A stretch of 63,985 nt of DNA, filler included, from Octopus bimaculoides (Eukaryota): assembly GCF_001194135.2 (NCBI RefSeq). It is 4 parts of 4 records of this genome, joined end to end, with 100 filler letters (N's around TTAATTAATTAA, not from the genome) between each part and the next. Parts side by side here need not be neighbours in the genome. Positions count along the whole stretch, not along the records: positions 1 to 19,185 come from NC_069001.1; 3 more parts are not named here. The stretch is one strand, 5' to 3'. Numbering within the stretch: position 1 is the stretch's first letter; each line of letters begins with the position of its first letter. A model generated the notes under the pieces. It was given only the letters and a program-made list of their open reading frames with translations, searched no databases and was not told where the DNA came from. The position numbers and the translations under genes were made by a program. Below are positions 1-12,313 of this stretch, in pieces.

Positions 1-160
1 CAGTTATGGCTTTATTGATCAATAATTGATCTTTACAGCCATATGAGCCCTTGCAGCATCCCTTCTGCTCTTCTGGAAACAGGTTGTTATTTTCCAGGTG
101 CTTACTCAATCTCTGCGATATTATTGCAGTAAACTCAATCTCTGCAATATTATTGCAGTA

Positions 161-161
<1 letters not shown>
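1..161 (-). mobile_element. 5'-truncated R4/Dong-like non-LTR retrotransposon, RT fragment (subfamily B, copy 1; continues off-window)
   Basis: Minus strand reads [44 protein letters not shown]. Bases 1-39 are near-identical to 4459-4497. The 5' end abuts an (ATT)n tract. Confidence 0.85.
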
Positions 162-204
<43 letters not shown>

Positions 205-205
205 G

Positions 206-249
<44 letters not shown>

Positions 250-271
250 GATTATTATTATTATTATTATT
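162..271. repeat. (ATT/TAA)n microsatellite; tail of element A and flank of element B1
   Basis: Direct read of trinucleotide repeat. Confidence 0.97.
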
Positions 272-3200
272 ATGCTTATGCCTTCATAACACAGCGTAGG
301 TAAAAGTGCACCAGAGTCTTTAGTCATCTATCAAGTCCCAACAAGGACCTCAGACAGATAATACTTTCCTTAAGATGTGCACTGTGCCCAATAAGGCTGC
401 TTTTTGCAAGACATCAATGTTGCATGGGATTTCCAGTTGCCTTAAGAAGTCTTGAAGTTTCAATGGAATTGAGTCCAGCACTCCAATCACCACTGGTATC
501 ACTTTTACATTACTCTCTCACATTCCATATAGTCTTGTCATTTCCACTTTCAATTCGGAGTACTTGGTGATTTTGTCAACCACTTTACTCACAACACTCA
601 TGTCATTTGGTATGGTTACATCAATGATCTGACAGTATTTGTCTCTCTTATTCAATATGACAATATCTGGCGGATGGTGTTCGATTACACAATCCGCCAG
701 AAAATCATAGTCCCAGAGTATCATTACTTTTCCATCCTCCTGCATAACTTTACTTGGGACATACTCGTACCAGTTCTGTTACTTCATCTTGGTATTTACG
801 GCATAAGAGCCAATGAAGATACACACAGACTTTATCGTGGCAGTGCTTGTATTCTTTTTGTGGAAGGCTCTCACATCTACTTACAAAGTGGGTCACATTT
901 TCCACACTCTTTCCACAGAGTCTGCATTTCTGGGTGTCAGAAGTTTTATAAACGTTATACTTCACTGAATTGGTAGCAAGAGCCTGGTCTTGTGCAGCAA
1001 TGATCAGGCTTTTGGTGGTACGCATTAAATCACCTCGTTCGAGCCATGCCCACAGTGCTGTATCATGCTTAACGTCTTGTGTATTCCTTGCAAACTGTCC
1101 ATGCATTTTCATTTCAAGAAGGTCTTCTTTTCTCTTCTCAGCTCTTTGGTTAAACTCTGCCTTGCACATCATTTCATCTGCATTTACACCCATATCTTTC
1201 GCAGCATATTGCAGCAGGTCTTCATCACTATTTATCAAATACTCAGCAAGCATTCTCCTTTCACTCCTTATACAATGGTCTATACTAATTAGTCCTTTTC
1301 CACCATTCTTTCTTTTCATATACAGTCTGTTTATGTTTGCTTTGGGATGTAGTGCCCCATGCAGCATCATCAACTTTCTCGTCCTTCTATCCAGTGCTTA
1401 TATTTCCTCCTTAGTCCATTTGAGGATGGACGCACTATATCTGACCACCGCAACTGCCCAGATATTCATTGCAGTAATCAAATGTTTGACATTCAGGTTG
1501 GATTTCAACACCATCTTCACTCTTTTCTGATATCCCTCATTGACCTTGACTTTCATTTCTCTGTGTAGAATGTCATCCAGCTCTAAAATCCCTAAATATC
1601 TATACCCACTACTATCGAGTTCACCCATGGTCTCTCCTGATGGTAACTGCAATCCTCTGCAGTCTGCTTTCTTCCCTCTTTTCATATTAAGTGCTAAGCA
1701 TTTGGTGATCCCAAATTCCATACCGATGTCCCTACCACACTTCTGGACAGTTTCGGTTAAAGAATCTATCTGTTTTTCAGATTTCCCAAACAATTTCAGG
1801 TCATCCATAAACAGATGGTTCGATGATAGGCCTTTCTTCCCACATTGGTAACCCATCTTAACTTTCCTAATTGTCATTGTTATGGGTATTAGTATAATAA
1901 CAAAAAGTAACAAAGAAAATGAGTCACCTTGGAAGATTCCCTGTTCAACATTAACTTCTCCAAGGAATACATTACTTGAGGTCAATTTGGTTTTCCATTC
2001 TTTCATGCCTTGCATCAGAAAATTTGTGATGTTGTCAGCAACACCAAACATCTGCAGGCATTCAATGATCCAAGAATGAGGCACCATATCATATGCCTTC
2101 TTAAAGTCAATCCAAGCCATAGACATGTTTTATGATGTTTTTCACAATGCCTCAAAACTGTTTTATCTATGACCAGGTGATCCTTGGTACCCTGAGAACT
2201 CTTCCTACATCCTTTTTGTTCCCTTGATAGTATTTCGTCCTGTGCCAGGAAAGCGTATGTTTCTGCCGCACTTATTCCAGTGAGTATCTTCCAGATTATG
2301 TTTAGGCATGCTATGGGACGGTAGTTTCCCATAATATTCCCCTTTCTTCTATCTTTCATTACAAATGTTGTCCTCCCAGTCACCATCCATGCGGGGACTG
2401 TACATTTCTTGACACACTCATTCAATTGGGCTGCTAGTCTTTCATGCACCGCATAGCATCTTTTCAGCCAGAAGCCATGAATCCCATCCAGTCCGGGGGG
2501 TTTCCAGTTAGGCACTTTACCCACTTGTTCTTTCACATCACCCGTGCTTATGACAATATTCCTTTGTTTCTTTCCTCCTTGTAATTCTGCCTCGATAGTT
2601 CTTATCCACATTGCATCTATTTTATGCACCATGTTGTTTCCCCATAATCTGCTCCAGAACTCCTTGGCTTGATTTGTATCAGGAGCAACATTTTCCCCAT
2701 TGTCTCCTAACGTTTGGAAGAATTCGGGTTAGTTTTGAACAATATGTTCTCCTTGAACTGCTTCTTTCTGTTCACAAATCTTCTGATCTTCTGGCTTTTT
2801 GCTATGATCCTCTGTTTTAAATGCTCTGTTACTGCATCAAACCTGTTCTTCATTATATTATACTAGCAGAAATATCCAGCGTTGCCTGGATTAAAGAAAA
2901 TAATTAAATTCGAAAATGCCTTTTAGATCTCTAACATGACACATGGATTATGCAGTTCTCAACAGTAATTAGCTGAGGTACAAACTATTAATGTCAATAA
3001 CATATTTTGTCCAATATTCTCACTGTTAAAATTATTAAAAAAAACAGGTAGTTCTTTGTCTTTGCAATCACCTTCAATTGTCAGTACTTATTTGAAACAC
3101 ATTTAACCTGAAAATGCATAAACTTGAGAAGAACCAGCCTGCAGGCACTCCTCTCCTGTTAAAAAGTACATCAACTCCATGCAAAATACATTTAAATGAG

Positions 3201-4065
3201 CATTCATTATAACGGCATTCCCACANNNNNNNNNNNNNNNNNNNNNNNNNNNNNNNNNNNNNNNNNNNNNNNNNNNNNNNNNNNNNNNNNNNNNNNNNNN
3301 NNNNNNNNNNNNNNCCAGCGTCTAACAGCTTTGGCTTTTTAATGCACAAAAAATTGAAATTATTTTTTTTCTGTGCCTCTGATTAAAATTTTCGAAAAAC
3401 AAACCCAGCCACATTACTTGGAAAAAAATAATCTTTATTGTGCTGGTTTTTCGTAAAATTTTGCACATGGGAAAGGCAACAAAATCGCCCCTCCCCACTT
3501 TGAATGGGATATTCCTATCTTAAAAAGTAATAATCGGTTATCTCAGTAATCATGGGAGTTGGAGGGCAATAAAAATCTCCTGAACATGAGCGGACCATGC
3601 TGCCGCTCTGTGCTGAATTTCACGCGATTCCACTGCACCGTTCTCGAGTGAATCTGCCAACACTCAATCAATCAATCAATCAATCAAGCAATCAAGAACA
3701 CTGCAATTTATAGTATAGATTTCTTCTCTAATTTTTCTCAGTCGTTTTTTTTTCCCATTTTCCCACTTTCCTCTAAACCATTGCTCAATTTTTCCCACAT
3801 TATGTCCCTTTCAATCCATTGTTTCCACTATGGTTCTTTTGCTCCACCAATTTTTGTTCTCTTAAATTGTAATTTCTCCTCAACAAGTAATGTAATAGCT
3901 CAGAGAAGATTCCTTGTTTGTGTTATGTCCTCCGTCTGGATGTATGGTATAACAATATTTCTCTTTTGTGTTACTTTATTTATCATACTCCTATCTGCCC
4001 TTCTCATGGGGATTTTTTACTTCTAGAGCATTCATCAAGTATTAGATAGTTGAAAAGAACAGAAA
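272..4065 (-). mobile_element. R4/Dong-like RLE non-LTR retrotransposon (subfamily A), decayed, interrupted by a Helitron
   Basis: Frameshifted minus ORFs appear in the expected order: N-terminal region (KLEKKYNIMKN..HLKQRIIAK), RT (NYRPIACL, EQKGCRK, DFKKAYDMVPH, GIFQGDS, FMDDLKLF, YRYLG), CCHC knuckle (CRLCGKSVENVTHFVSRC), PD..D endonuclease (PPDIVIL..IIDVTIP..KYSEL), C-terminus GTVHILRKVLSV with stop at 350-352, then 3'UTR and TAA tail. Confidence 0.92.
2863..3719 (-). mobile_element. Non-autonomous Helitron
   Basis: On the minus strand it starts TC and ends CTAG. A hairpin ATCCAG-CGTTGC-CTGGAT lies 7 nt from the terminal CTAG. It sits between A and T with no TSD, carries an internal (AATC)n tract, and its removal restores the host LINE reading frame. 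Confidence 0.85.
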
Positions 4066-4497
4066 GCTCTTTATCATTTCTAGCGTATAATTTTAGGTCA
4101 TCCATATATAAAAGGTGGCTGATTGTTTTGCCGTAACATTTGTATCCGCATCTAGTTCTATTTAGCAAGTCAGTTAAAGGTGTGAGTGCCAGGCAGAACA
4201 GGAGTGGAGAGAGCATGTCTCCTTGGAATATTCCTCTTCTAAAGGGGATGGCTTTCGTTTTCACCAGTCCTTCTTTTGTTTGGAGCTGTAGCACTGTCTG
4301 CCATTTATTCATAGAGTATCTTATGTATTTTATAATAATTGGTGCCACCTTGTTTATGGCTAGTGTTTCGAGGATCCACTTGTGGGGAACACTGTCAAAA
4401 GCCTTTTGGTAGTCGATCCAGGCCATACTAAGGCCTTTCTTCTTTCTGTGGCTGTCTTCAGTTATGGCTTTATCGATCATTAATTGATCTTTACAGC
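4066..4497 (-). mobile_element. R4/Dong-like RT fragment (subfamily B, copy 2), runs into gap
   Basis: CKDQLMIDKAI..DYQKAFDSVPH..GIFQGDMLSPLLF..HLLYMDDLKLYARNDKEL; homology breaks just after YMDD. Confidence 0.9.
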
Positions 4498-5295
4498 NNN
4501 NNNNNNNNNNNNNNNNNNNNNNNNNNNNNNNNNNNNNNNNNNNNNNNNNNNNNNNNNNNNNNNNNNNNNNNNNNNNNNNNNNNNNNNNNNNNNNNNNNNN
4601 NNNNNNNNNNNNNNNNNNNNNNNNNNNNNNNNNNNNNNNNNNNNNNNNNNNNNNNNNNNNNNNNNNNNNNNNNNNNNNNNNNNNNNNNNNNNNNNNNNNN
4701 NNNNNNNNNNNNNNNNNNNNNNNNNNNNNNNNNNNNNNNNNNNNNNNNNNNNNNNNNNNNNNNNNNNNNNNNNNNNNNNNNNNNNNNNNNNNNNNNNNNN
4801 NNNNNNNNNNNNNNNNNNNNNNNNNNNNNNNNNNNNNNNNNNNNNNNNNNNNNNNNNNNNNNNNNNNNNNNNNNNNNNNNNNNNNNNNNNNNNNNNNNNN
4901 NNNNNNNNNNNNNNNNNNNNNNNNNNNNNNNNNNNNNNNNNNNNNNNNNNNNNNNNNNNNNNNNNNNNNNNNNNNNNNNNNNNNNNNNNNNNNNNNNNNN
5001 NNNNNNNNNNNNNNNNNNNNNNNNNNNNNNNNNNNNNNNNNNNNNNNNNNNNNNNNNNNNNNNNNNNNNNNNNNNNNNNNNNNNNNNNNNNNNNNNNNNN
5101 NNNNNNNNNNNNNNNNNNNNNNNNNNNNNNNNNNNNNNNNNNNNNNNNNNNNNNNNNNNNNNNNNNNNNNNNNNNNNNNNNNNNNNNNNNNNNNNNNNNN
5201 NNNNNNNNNNNNNNNNNNNNNNNNNNNNNNNNNNNNNNNNNNNNNNNNNNNNNNNNNNNNNNNNNNNNNNNNNNNNNNNNNNNNNNNNNNNNNNA

Positions 5296-5473
5296 TTTTT
5301 CCGATTTCTATTAGCAAGTCTTTATATTTACTGATCTTGTCAAATTCTTTCGCTGCTATATTATGATCACAGGGAATACTCATGTCAATTAATAAACACG
5401 TCTTCTTTGTCTGATCTTTTATGATAATATCCGGTTTAATAGCTTTTATAGCCTTGTCGGTATGTACGGGGAA

Positions 5474-5476
<3 letters not shown>
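5296..5476 (-). mobile_element. 5'-truncated R4/Dong-like RLE endonuclease fragment
   Basis: FPVHTDKAIKAIKPDIIIKDQ..LLIDMSIP..KEFDKISKYKDL directly after a TAA tract. Confidence 0.85.
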
Positions 5477-5514
<38 letters not shown>

Positions 5515-5541
5515 CATGATCATGATCGTCATCATCACCAT

Positions 5542-5573
<32 letters not shown>

Positions 5574-5575
5574 TC

Positions 5576-5630
<55 letters not shown>
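5477..5630. repeat. Compound (ATT)n/(ATC)n/(ACC)n microsatellite
   Basis: Direct read. Confidence 0.95.
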
Positions 5631-5631
<1 letters not shown>

Positions 5632-5856
5632 GGCAGTGAGCTGGCAGAATTGTTAGTACACTGGACAAAGTGCTTAGTGGCATTTTGTCCATTTTTACAT
5701 TCTGATTTCAAATTCTGCCAAGTTTGAGTTTTGCCTTTCATCCTTTTGGGATTGGTGAAATAGGTACCAACTGAGTGCTGGGGTAGATGTAACAGAATAG
5801 TTCCCCCCCATAAAATTTCAGACTTTGTGCCTATAGTAGAAAAGATTATTATTATT
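5631..5856 (+). mobile_element. tRNA-derived SINE family S1 (GGCGGCGAGCTGGCAGAA head), diverged
   Basis: Homologous to many copies in the window; TTTGCCTTTCATCC core; ATT tail. Confidence 0.8.
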
Positions 5857-6234
5857 AGATCACCTATTTTAAAATGTGTTATATTTTCTCTGTAACTAGT
5901 TACGCATCTATATTCTTTTTTAGGGACCAGCTACAGCAGCTAAGAGGATTCGAAACCGAATCCATAGTTTTATCAATTGTCAGATAAATTTCTGGCCTTT
6001 TGTTTTCTCCTCTTTACACTTGGAGATTCATGAGAATAAGTTGACCTCTGACACCTTCTCTGGTCATAGAAAGGTCAATTGTATGTTTTAGGTTGATCTA
6101 CTTTAATTGCCATACTTTAAAAATAATCAATCGTTTTTTGGACATTACGTTTGGTCAATAAGCATTCCAGTACCGAATAGAGGAGAGAGAGACAACACAC
6201 TGCTTATACTCTCTGTTTGACAATACAAATCTCA

Positions 6235-6237
<3 letters not shown>

Positions 6238-6324
<87 letters not shown>

Positions 6325-6340
6325 CTCTATCTCTCTCTCT
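6238..6340. repeat. (CT)n/(CTAT)n microsatellite
   Basis: Direct read. Confidence 0.97.
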
Positions 6341-6615
6341 GCGCAGGCAATAAAGCTAGCTCCAACATGCAAAGAATCCATGGAACCTGAAAGTATTTTA
6401 CTGCAACAGACTAGTAACATGTGTATACACAAAAGAAATGATGCAATGACATTTATTTTATATTTGTAATGACATTATAATCAATTAAATAAATGGCCAA
6501 CTTCATAATTAATTGTTCTTCACTCATTCATTTCTCCGCTGCATCATCATCATCATTCAAACTTCATTGTTACTTTTGACTTCTTTCCCAATTATGATGT
6601 CATACTTCTAATAAC

Positions 6616-6936
6616 TGTGGAGTCGCAATGGCCCAGTGGTTAGGGTAGCGGATTCGCGGTCAGAGGATCGCGGTTTCGATTCCCAGACAGGGCGTTGTGT
6701 GTGTTTATTGAGCGAAAACACCTGAAGATCCACGAGGCTCCGGCAGTGGGTGGTGATGACCCCTGTTGTACTCTTTCACCTCAACTTTTTCTCACTCTTT
6801 CTTCCTGTTTCTTGAGTAAAGCTGTGATGGACTGGCATCCCGTCCAGCTGGGGGGAACACATACGCCATAGAAACCGGGAAACTGGGCCCATGAGCCTGG
6901 CTAGGCTTTGAAAGGGTGCATAAATAAAAAAAAAAA
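6616..6936 (+). mobile_element. tRNA-derived SINE family S3
   Basis: A box (TGGCCCAGTGG), B box (GGTTTCGATTCC), GATGGACTGGC..CCAG body; second copy at 33704-34002. Confidence 0.85.
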
Positions 6937-7609
6937 CCCTTCTGATAACTAATGTATAAATTTTTCCTCTAAACATACAAATTAAGAGAGACTAATTATT
7001 TCCCTTCGAGAGTCATTAATGTTTACAGCTAAGTTTCTCTTTCCTTTCTCTATGGAAGTTTCAATTAACATTTTAATTTTTGTTTATGTGTCAATCAGTT
7101 CTTTTCTTAAATTTCAGAACCTTAATATGGTTCTTAATATCTGTAGGAAACTTTGACTGACAAAATGTTGCAGAAATATTTCATTGTTATACATTTTCCT
7201 GAGCATAAAATTATGGCGGTTGATTTCATTTTCATTTTTATGTTTGATTGTAAGCGACTCATGTGTGTAACATGTGTACAGACCTCATTTTCAACCAATG
7301 AGAGTACATGTAGTAATTCTAAAAAAATTCTGTACCGATGGCTTTATAAGTGACTGAATTTTCTGTGCTGTGATGCAAATAACCTACTGATCTGCAACAC
7401 CAACTTCACAAAGCCAGCCACCTCATAACCTATCAATCAAGTGACTCTGCCAGCCAGCTCATAACCTATCAATCAGGTGACTCTGCCAGCCAGATTGATT
7501 TCATTCCCACCAGACACGGGATGCATGGTTGCTCTTAAATAAAGACCCTCCCTGGTGAAGAATATACCCCTCCCCCCAGCATAGACTAGTTATTAGTGAC
7601 TTTAAATTT

Positions 7610-9460
7610 GAGGCTAGAAGGATACCAAAAAGTAAACCAATCTGGAAAAGAAGGACTTGGAAGCTAAAGAACCCTTCACATGGTCAGAGATTTAGGGATA
7701 TCCTTACCAAGAAATTTGATGATAGGAAGGAGGTGCTACAGTCCTGTGACATAGAAGACAGCTGGGAATTCCTGCATGACAGCTTGCTGAGTGGCACAGA
7801 CCAAATCTGTGGCTGGTGCAAAGTCTCTTTTCAGATCTAGGGTAACATGGTGGAGAAACAATACTGTAGACAGAGCTGTTAGAGCAAAGAAACAAGTTTG
7901 GAATGCTTGGAAGAGTGGGGTTAACAGGAGAATGTATCAGATAGCTAGAAGGGAAGCTAGGAGACAGGTATATATAGCCAAGGGAGTAGCAGAAAAAAGT
8001 TTGCCAATGTTAATGATGTGAGGACCAAAAAACTGAAGTATTTTGGATTGCAAGACAATGTGTGAGAGAAAACCATGATGTCATAGGAGAGAAATGTGTC
8101 TGCATGGATGATAGTGCCCTTGCGTTTAATGATTCTGCTAAGAAAGAGGCTTTGGGGAAGCCATTATGAAAGACTGCTGAATGTAGAGAATAAATGGGAG
8201 GAGGGGAGTGTGCCAAAGGTTGACCCTGTTGAGGGACCAGCTACCCAAATCAACAGTACCTTGGTAGATAAAGCAATTAAGGATATGAAGATAGAAAAAG
8301 CACCTGGCCCATCAGGAATCACCGCTGAGATGCTTAAAATATTGGGTGGTGTGGGTTATGGTCTTGTCACCTGCATCGTAAATCAGGTAGTTCATAAAGG
8401 CGTCATACCCAATGACTGGTGTAGCAGCACCATAGTCAACTGCTACAAGGGTAAAGGTGATGCCTTAGATAGAAATAACTACAGAAGTATCAAATTATAT
8501 GTAGGCTTGAGAGAAATGAAGCTAGTATAATCTGCTGGATGTGTAATGTCAGTGTACATACATGACAGAGTGTGAGCGCCCTGAGAGAAAAGTTGGGCAC
8601 AAGAAGCATCAAATGTGGTGTACAAGAGAGACAACTGCGCTGGTATGGTCACGTGTTATGTATGGATGAGGACAGCTGTGAGGAAGTGCCTCTCTCTAAC
8701 TGTGGAAGGAACCTGCGGAAGAGGTAGCCCCAGGAAGACGTGATGAGGTGGTGAAGCATGACCTTCAAACATTGGGCCTCACAGAGGCAATGACCGGAGA
8801 CCAAGACGTTTGGAGATAAGCTGTGATTGAGAAGACCCGGCAACTAAAGTGAGATCACAGCCATGGCTGATGCCAATGTTGCATGTCTGGCCCATTTAAG
8901 AGTACCCCTGATGTGTCGTGCAATATGATATGCTTGAGAAGACCTGGTGAGTCAAGTAAAACCAAAACCAAAATCGTAGCTTTGGCCAGTGCCTCCCTGA
9001 TTGGCTTCTGTTCCGGTGGCACGTAAAATGCATCATCCAAACATAGTTGATGCCAGAGTCCCTTGACCAGCTCCCGTGTTGGTGGCATGTAAAAAGCACC
9101 ATCTGAACATGGTCGATGCCAGGACCACTTGACTGGCCCCTGTGCCGGTGGCACATAAAAAAGCACCATCCAAATGTGGCCGATGCCAGTAGACCCCTGA
9201 CTGGCTCCTGTGTTGGTGGCATGTAAAAAGCACCATCTGAACGTGGCCGATGCCAGTACGCCTTGACTAGCTCCCGTGCCGGTGGCATGTGAAAAACACC
9301 CACTACACTCTTGGAGTGGTTGGCATTACGAAGGGCATCCAGCTGCAGAAACACTGCCAGATCAGACTGGAGCCTGGTGCAGCTGCAGGCTCTCCAGACC
9401 TCAGTCCAACCTATGCCAGCATGGAAAATGAACTTTAAACAATGATGATAATGATGATGA
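7610..9460 (+). mobile_element. RTE-clade LINE, internally deleted, with tandem-repeat 3'UTR and (GAT)n tail
   Basis: WWRNNTVDRAVRAKK..KAPGPSGITAEMLK..IPNDW..YKGKGDALDRNNYRSIKL jumps at ~8497 to the C-terminal RQLRWYGHV region. It ends CCAACCTATGCCAGCATGGAAA..(GAT)n. Confidence 0.85.
8985..9300 (+). repeat. ~66-67 bp tandem repeat, ~4.5 copies, in RTE 3'UTR
   Basis: GATGCC recurs at 9049, 9115, 9182, 9249. Confidence 0.9.
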
Positions 9461-10071
9461 TTTCAGAGAGAGTTCGACTTACCTTGCCATAGTCATGACA
9501 ACTCCACTCTCAAGCTGGTCTAACAGTTTCATACTTAACCCAGTATGATAGCTCATGATACCTCCTAATAGTTACCTTCACAGCTATGTAGATGATGAAA
9601 CATCAATGCCATATGTTGTTGCAGCAATGTGCTGAGAAGTTAAACATTAAGATTTCAAGTCCTGTAAAAATGATGTTCTTAAAATTTGATGCTGTCTGTT
9701 TTTCATGAAACCATGTACAATTGTAGCAATAAAAATGTATATAAACTGCCATCAAATCTTGTCATAACTACCCGCTAGTTGTTTTTAACAGCATATTTTT
9801 AAATAATTGATCAATTGTTAATATCTGGTGATATTTTAGGAAATAATTAAAGATTAATTAAAACATCAAGTAAGATTTTAGCCTTAATCTTGTGAACAAT
9901 GCTCATCATGGTTAATTTCACACAATAGCTCTATACAAATTGGTAACAATTTTGCATATATACATGATGTTTTAGTTTTATGAAATAATGTAATTAAAAT
10001 TAATTTTGCTCTCATGATTTTCGTCTTTCTCAGATGAAAACCGTTTATATTTTCACTTCCTGTATCACAAT

Positions 10072-10121
<50 letters not shown>

Positions 10122-10195
10122 GTGCATGCGTGCGTGCGTGCGTGCACACGCATGTGTATTCTGTAATATTTATTTAACTTTCCTTTCTTTTTCAG

Positions 10196-10291
10196 ATTCT
10201 TTGGGCGGCAGGAAATATTGGCATGTTTACTTACAGTTTTCTGAAATTCTATAATTCCAAGGAATATTACTACTTAAATGTTATAACTGGG
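10196..10291 (+). CDS. NOX: NADPH oxidase (NOX1-4/gp91phox type) exon equivalent to CYBB exon 2
   Basis: Polypyrimidine-CAG acceptor, GT donor; 96 nt, phase 0/0; ILWAAGNIGMFTYSFLKFYNSKEYYYLNVITG. Confidence 0.85.
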
Positions 10292-10316
10292 GTATCTATT
10301 TTATATCTTTTTCTTT

Positions 10317-10457
10317 TATCTTTTACTAGTTCCAGTCATTAGACTGCGGCCATGCTGAGACACTGCCTAGAAGAATTTTTAGTTGAATGAATTGATCACA
10401 GTATTTATTTTTTTTAAAGCCTGATACTTATTCAGTTGGTCCCTTTTTACTGAACAC

Positions 10458-10497
<40 letters not shown>

Positions 10498-10748
10498 ATA
10501 TTTAATATTTAGCAGAAGCAACAGAGTGACTCAAAGGCCAAGAGTTTCGTGCATTGGCACTTTTATATATATATATATATATACATACATACCACTGGCT
10601 TCTTTCAGTTTCTGTCCACCAAATCCACCTACCTGAGTTTGTTTGGCCCAAGGTTATACTATAAGATACTTGCCTAAGGTGTCATGCATTGGGACTGAAC
10701 CTGGAACCATGTGGTTAGGAAGCAAGCTTCTTACTACATAGCCATGCA
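10317..10748 (-). mobile_element. CORE-type SINE family S2 (OR2-like) with internal (TA)n
   Basis: Head GGCTATGTAGTAAGAAGCTTGCTTCC, CCTTAGGCAAGTATCTT core, tail GCATGGCCGCAGTC..CTGGAACTAGTAAAAG. Confidence 0.75.
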
Positions 10749-10905
10749 TTTATCATATTTTCAATTAACTTTTAGTTGTTGTTGGTATAAACTCTGACAA
10801 CACTTATATAAACGAACATTTAAAGAGGTAGTGACAACAAACATTCAATGTGTTGTTATCATCATCATCATTGTCGTTTAACATCTACCTTCCATGCTAG
10901 CATGG

Positions 10906-10945
<40 letters not shown>

Positions 10946-11623
10946 GGTGGCTGTAAAGTCAGAATGCATAGGTGAAAATGACAAATTCATATCCAAACAA
11001 AAAAATAAAAAACAAGAATATTAGTGATATTTATGCAACCAGACTTATGGTCACCTACAGATGCTCGACTGTCTGTATTTTACGGTATATGTTTTTGCTG
11101 TTGTGTATTTGTATATTGTCAATCTAGCTGGATGCCACAGGTTGAGTGACATGTTGACTAGTTTATGACTTAACAATCTCTGTCTTAGTAAAACCAAAAC
11201 ATCAAAAGTAGAAACAATATTTTTCCTCAAGAATTTAGATACATTTCCTTCTCGTTATATTTTACCTATGTCTGTTTGTCTTTGTCTGAGTTTTTATGGT
11301 CATATACATCTGCATTTATTTCATTCATATTTATATATATATATATACCATTAATCAAAAAACGGAGAAAAAAAAGACAAGAAGAAAACAACACTGCGAG
11401 GACGTAGAACATGCAAAGTATTAATGAGATGCTCAGAGAAAGAAAGAAAGAGTGGTTGTTTTATGTTTTGAGCAAGCTCTTGTTTAGAAACAGGAGACAT
11501 AGGAAAGTCCCCCAAAAAAAGACAAAAAATCACCAACAATCCATGTGTAGTTACATTTTGGAATGATCGGAAGTAATTTAAATGTTTTTATGCATTTCTA
11601 TATGCATGTGATTAATTATATAT

Positions 11624-11660
<37 letters not shown>

Positions 11661-11777
11661 GTGGGCCTGTGTGAATACATGTTTATCTAAATCTGCACAT
11701 CTCTGGGAGCAGCTACACTCCTTTGAACCATATTGCATTATTTCTGTGTGTGCACACAGTCATATATATATGAGTAG

Positions 11778-11815
<38 letters not shown>

Positions 11816-11899
11816 TACTCAAGAAGATCTGTAGTCTAAAGTAGAAGTGTTAAAGCGACTCCCCCACCACTGTTGAAGAAGATTGACCTGCAAGAGTCC

Positions 11900-12140
11900 T
11901 ATGCCAGTGCCACGTAAAAAGCACTTGTGCTGGTGTCACATAAAGTGCTCATGCAGTGCCACATAAAAGCACCCAGTACACTCTGTAAAGTGGTTGGTGT
12001 TAAGAAGGGCATCCAGCCATAGAAACCCTAACCTGGATCCCTGGTACAGCCTTCCAGCTTGCCAGCCCTGGTCAAACCATCCAACCGATGCCACCATGGA
12101 CAACAGACTTAAATGATGATGATAATGATGATGATGATGA
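11900..12140 (+). mobile_element. RTE 3'UTR/tail-derived fragment
   Basis: Shares GCCAC.TAAAAAGCAC units, GAAGGGCATCCAGC and CCAACC..GCCA.CATGGA..(GAT)n with 9300-9460. Confidence 0.7.
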
Positions 12141-12210
12141 TATATATATATATGTATATGTATATATATGTATATATATCTATATCTATATCTATCTATC
12201 TATCTATCTA

Positions 12211-12250
<40 letters not shown>

Positions 12251-12260
12251 NNNNNNNNNN

Positions 12261-12313
<53 letters not shown>

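Noticed and set aside
4004-5692. 562-aa ORF appearing to join endonuclease and RT
   Set aside because: It reads through an 800-N gap and a microsatellite; the domain order is reversed, so it fuses separate insertions.
7174-7218. Candidate NOX exon 1 (MLQKYFIVIHFPEHKIMA); also a candidate near 10033-10078
   Set aside because: Donor sites are weak and there is no convincing similarity to NOX N-termini.
9465-9600. Minus-strand GTAAGT donor suggesting an antisense exon
   Set aside because: No acceptor or meaningful open frame could be assigned.
10942-11100. TA-CA-CAGGGTGGCTG.. mariner-like end; similar lone ends at ~19800-19838 and a hAT-like CAGTGTTTCTCAAC at 23250
   Set aside because: No matching second TIR was found, so boundaries cannot be supported.
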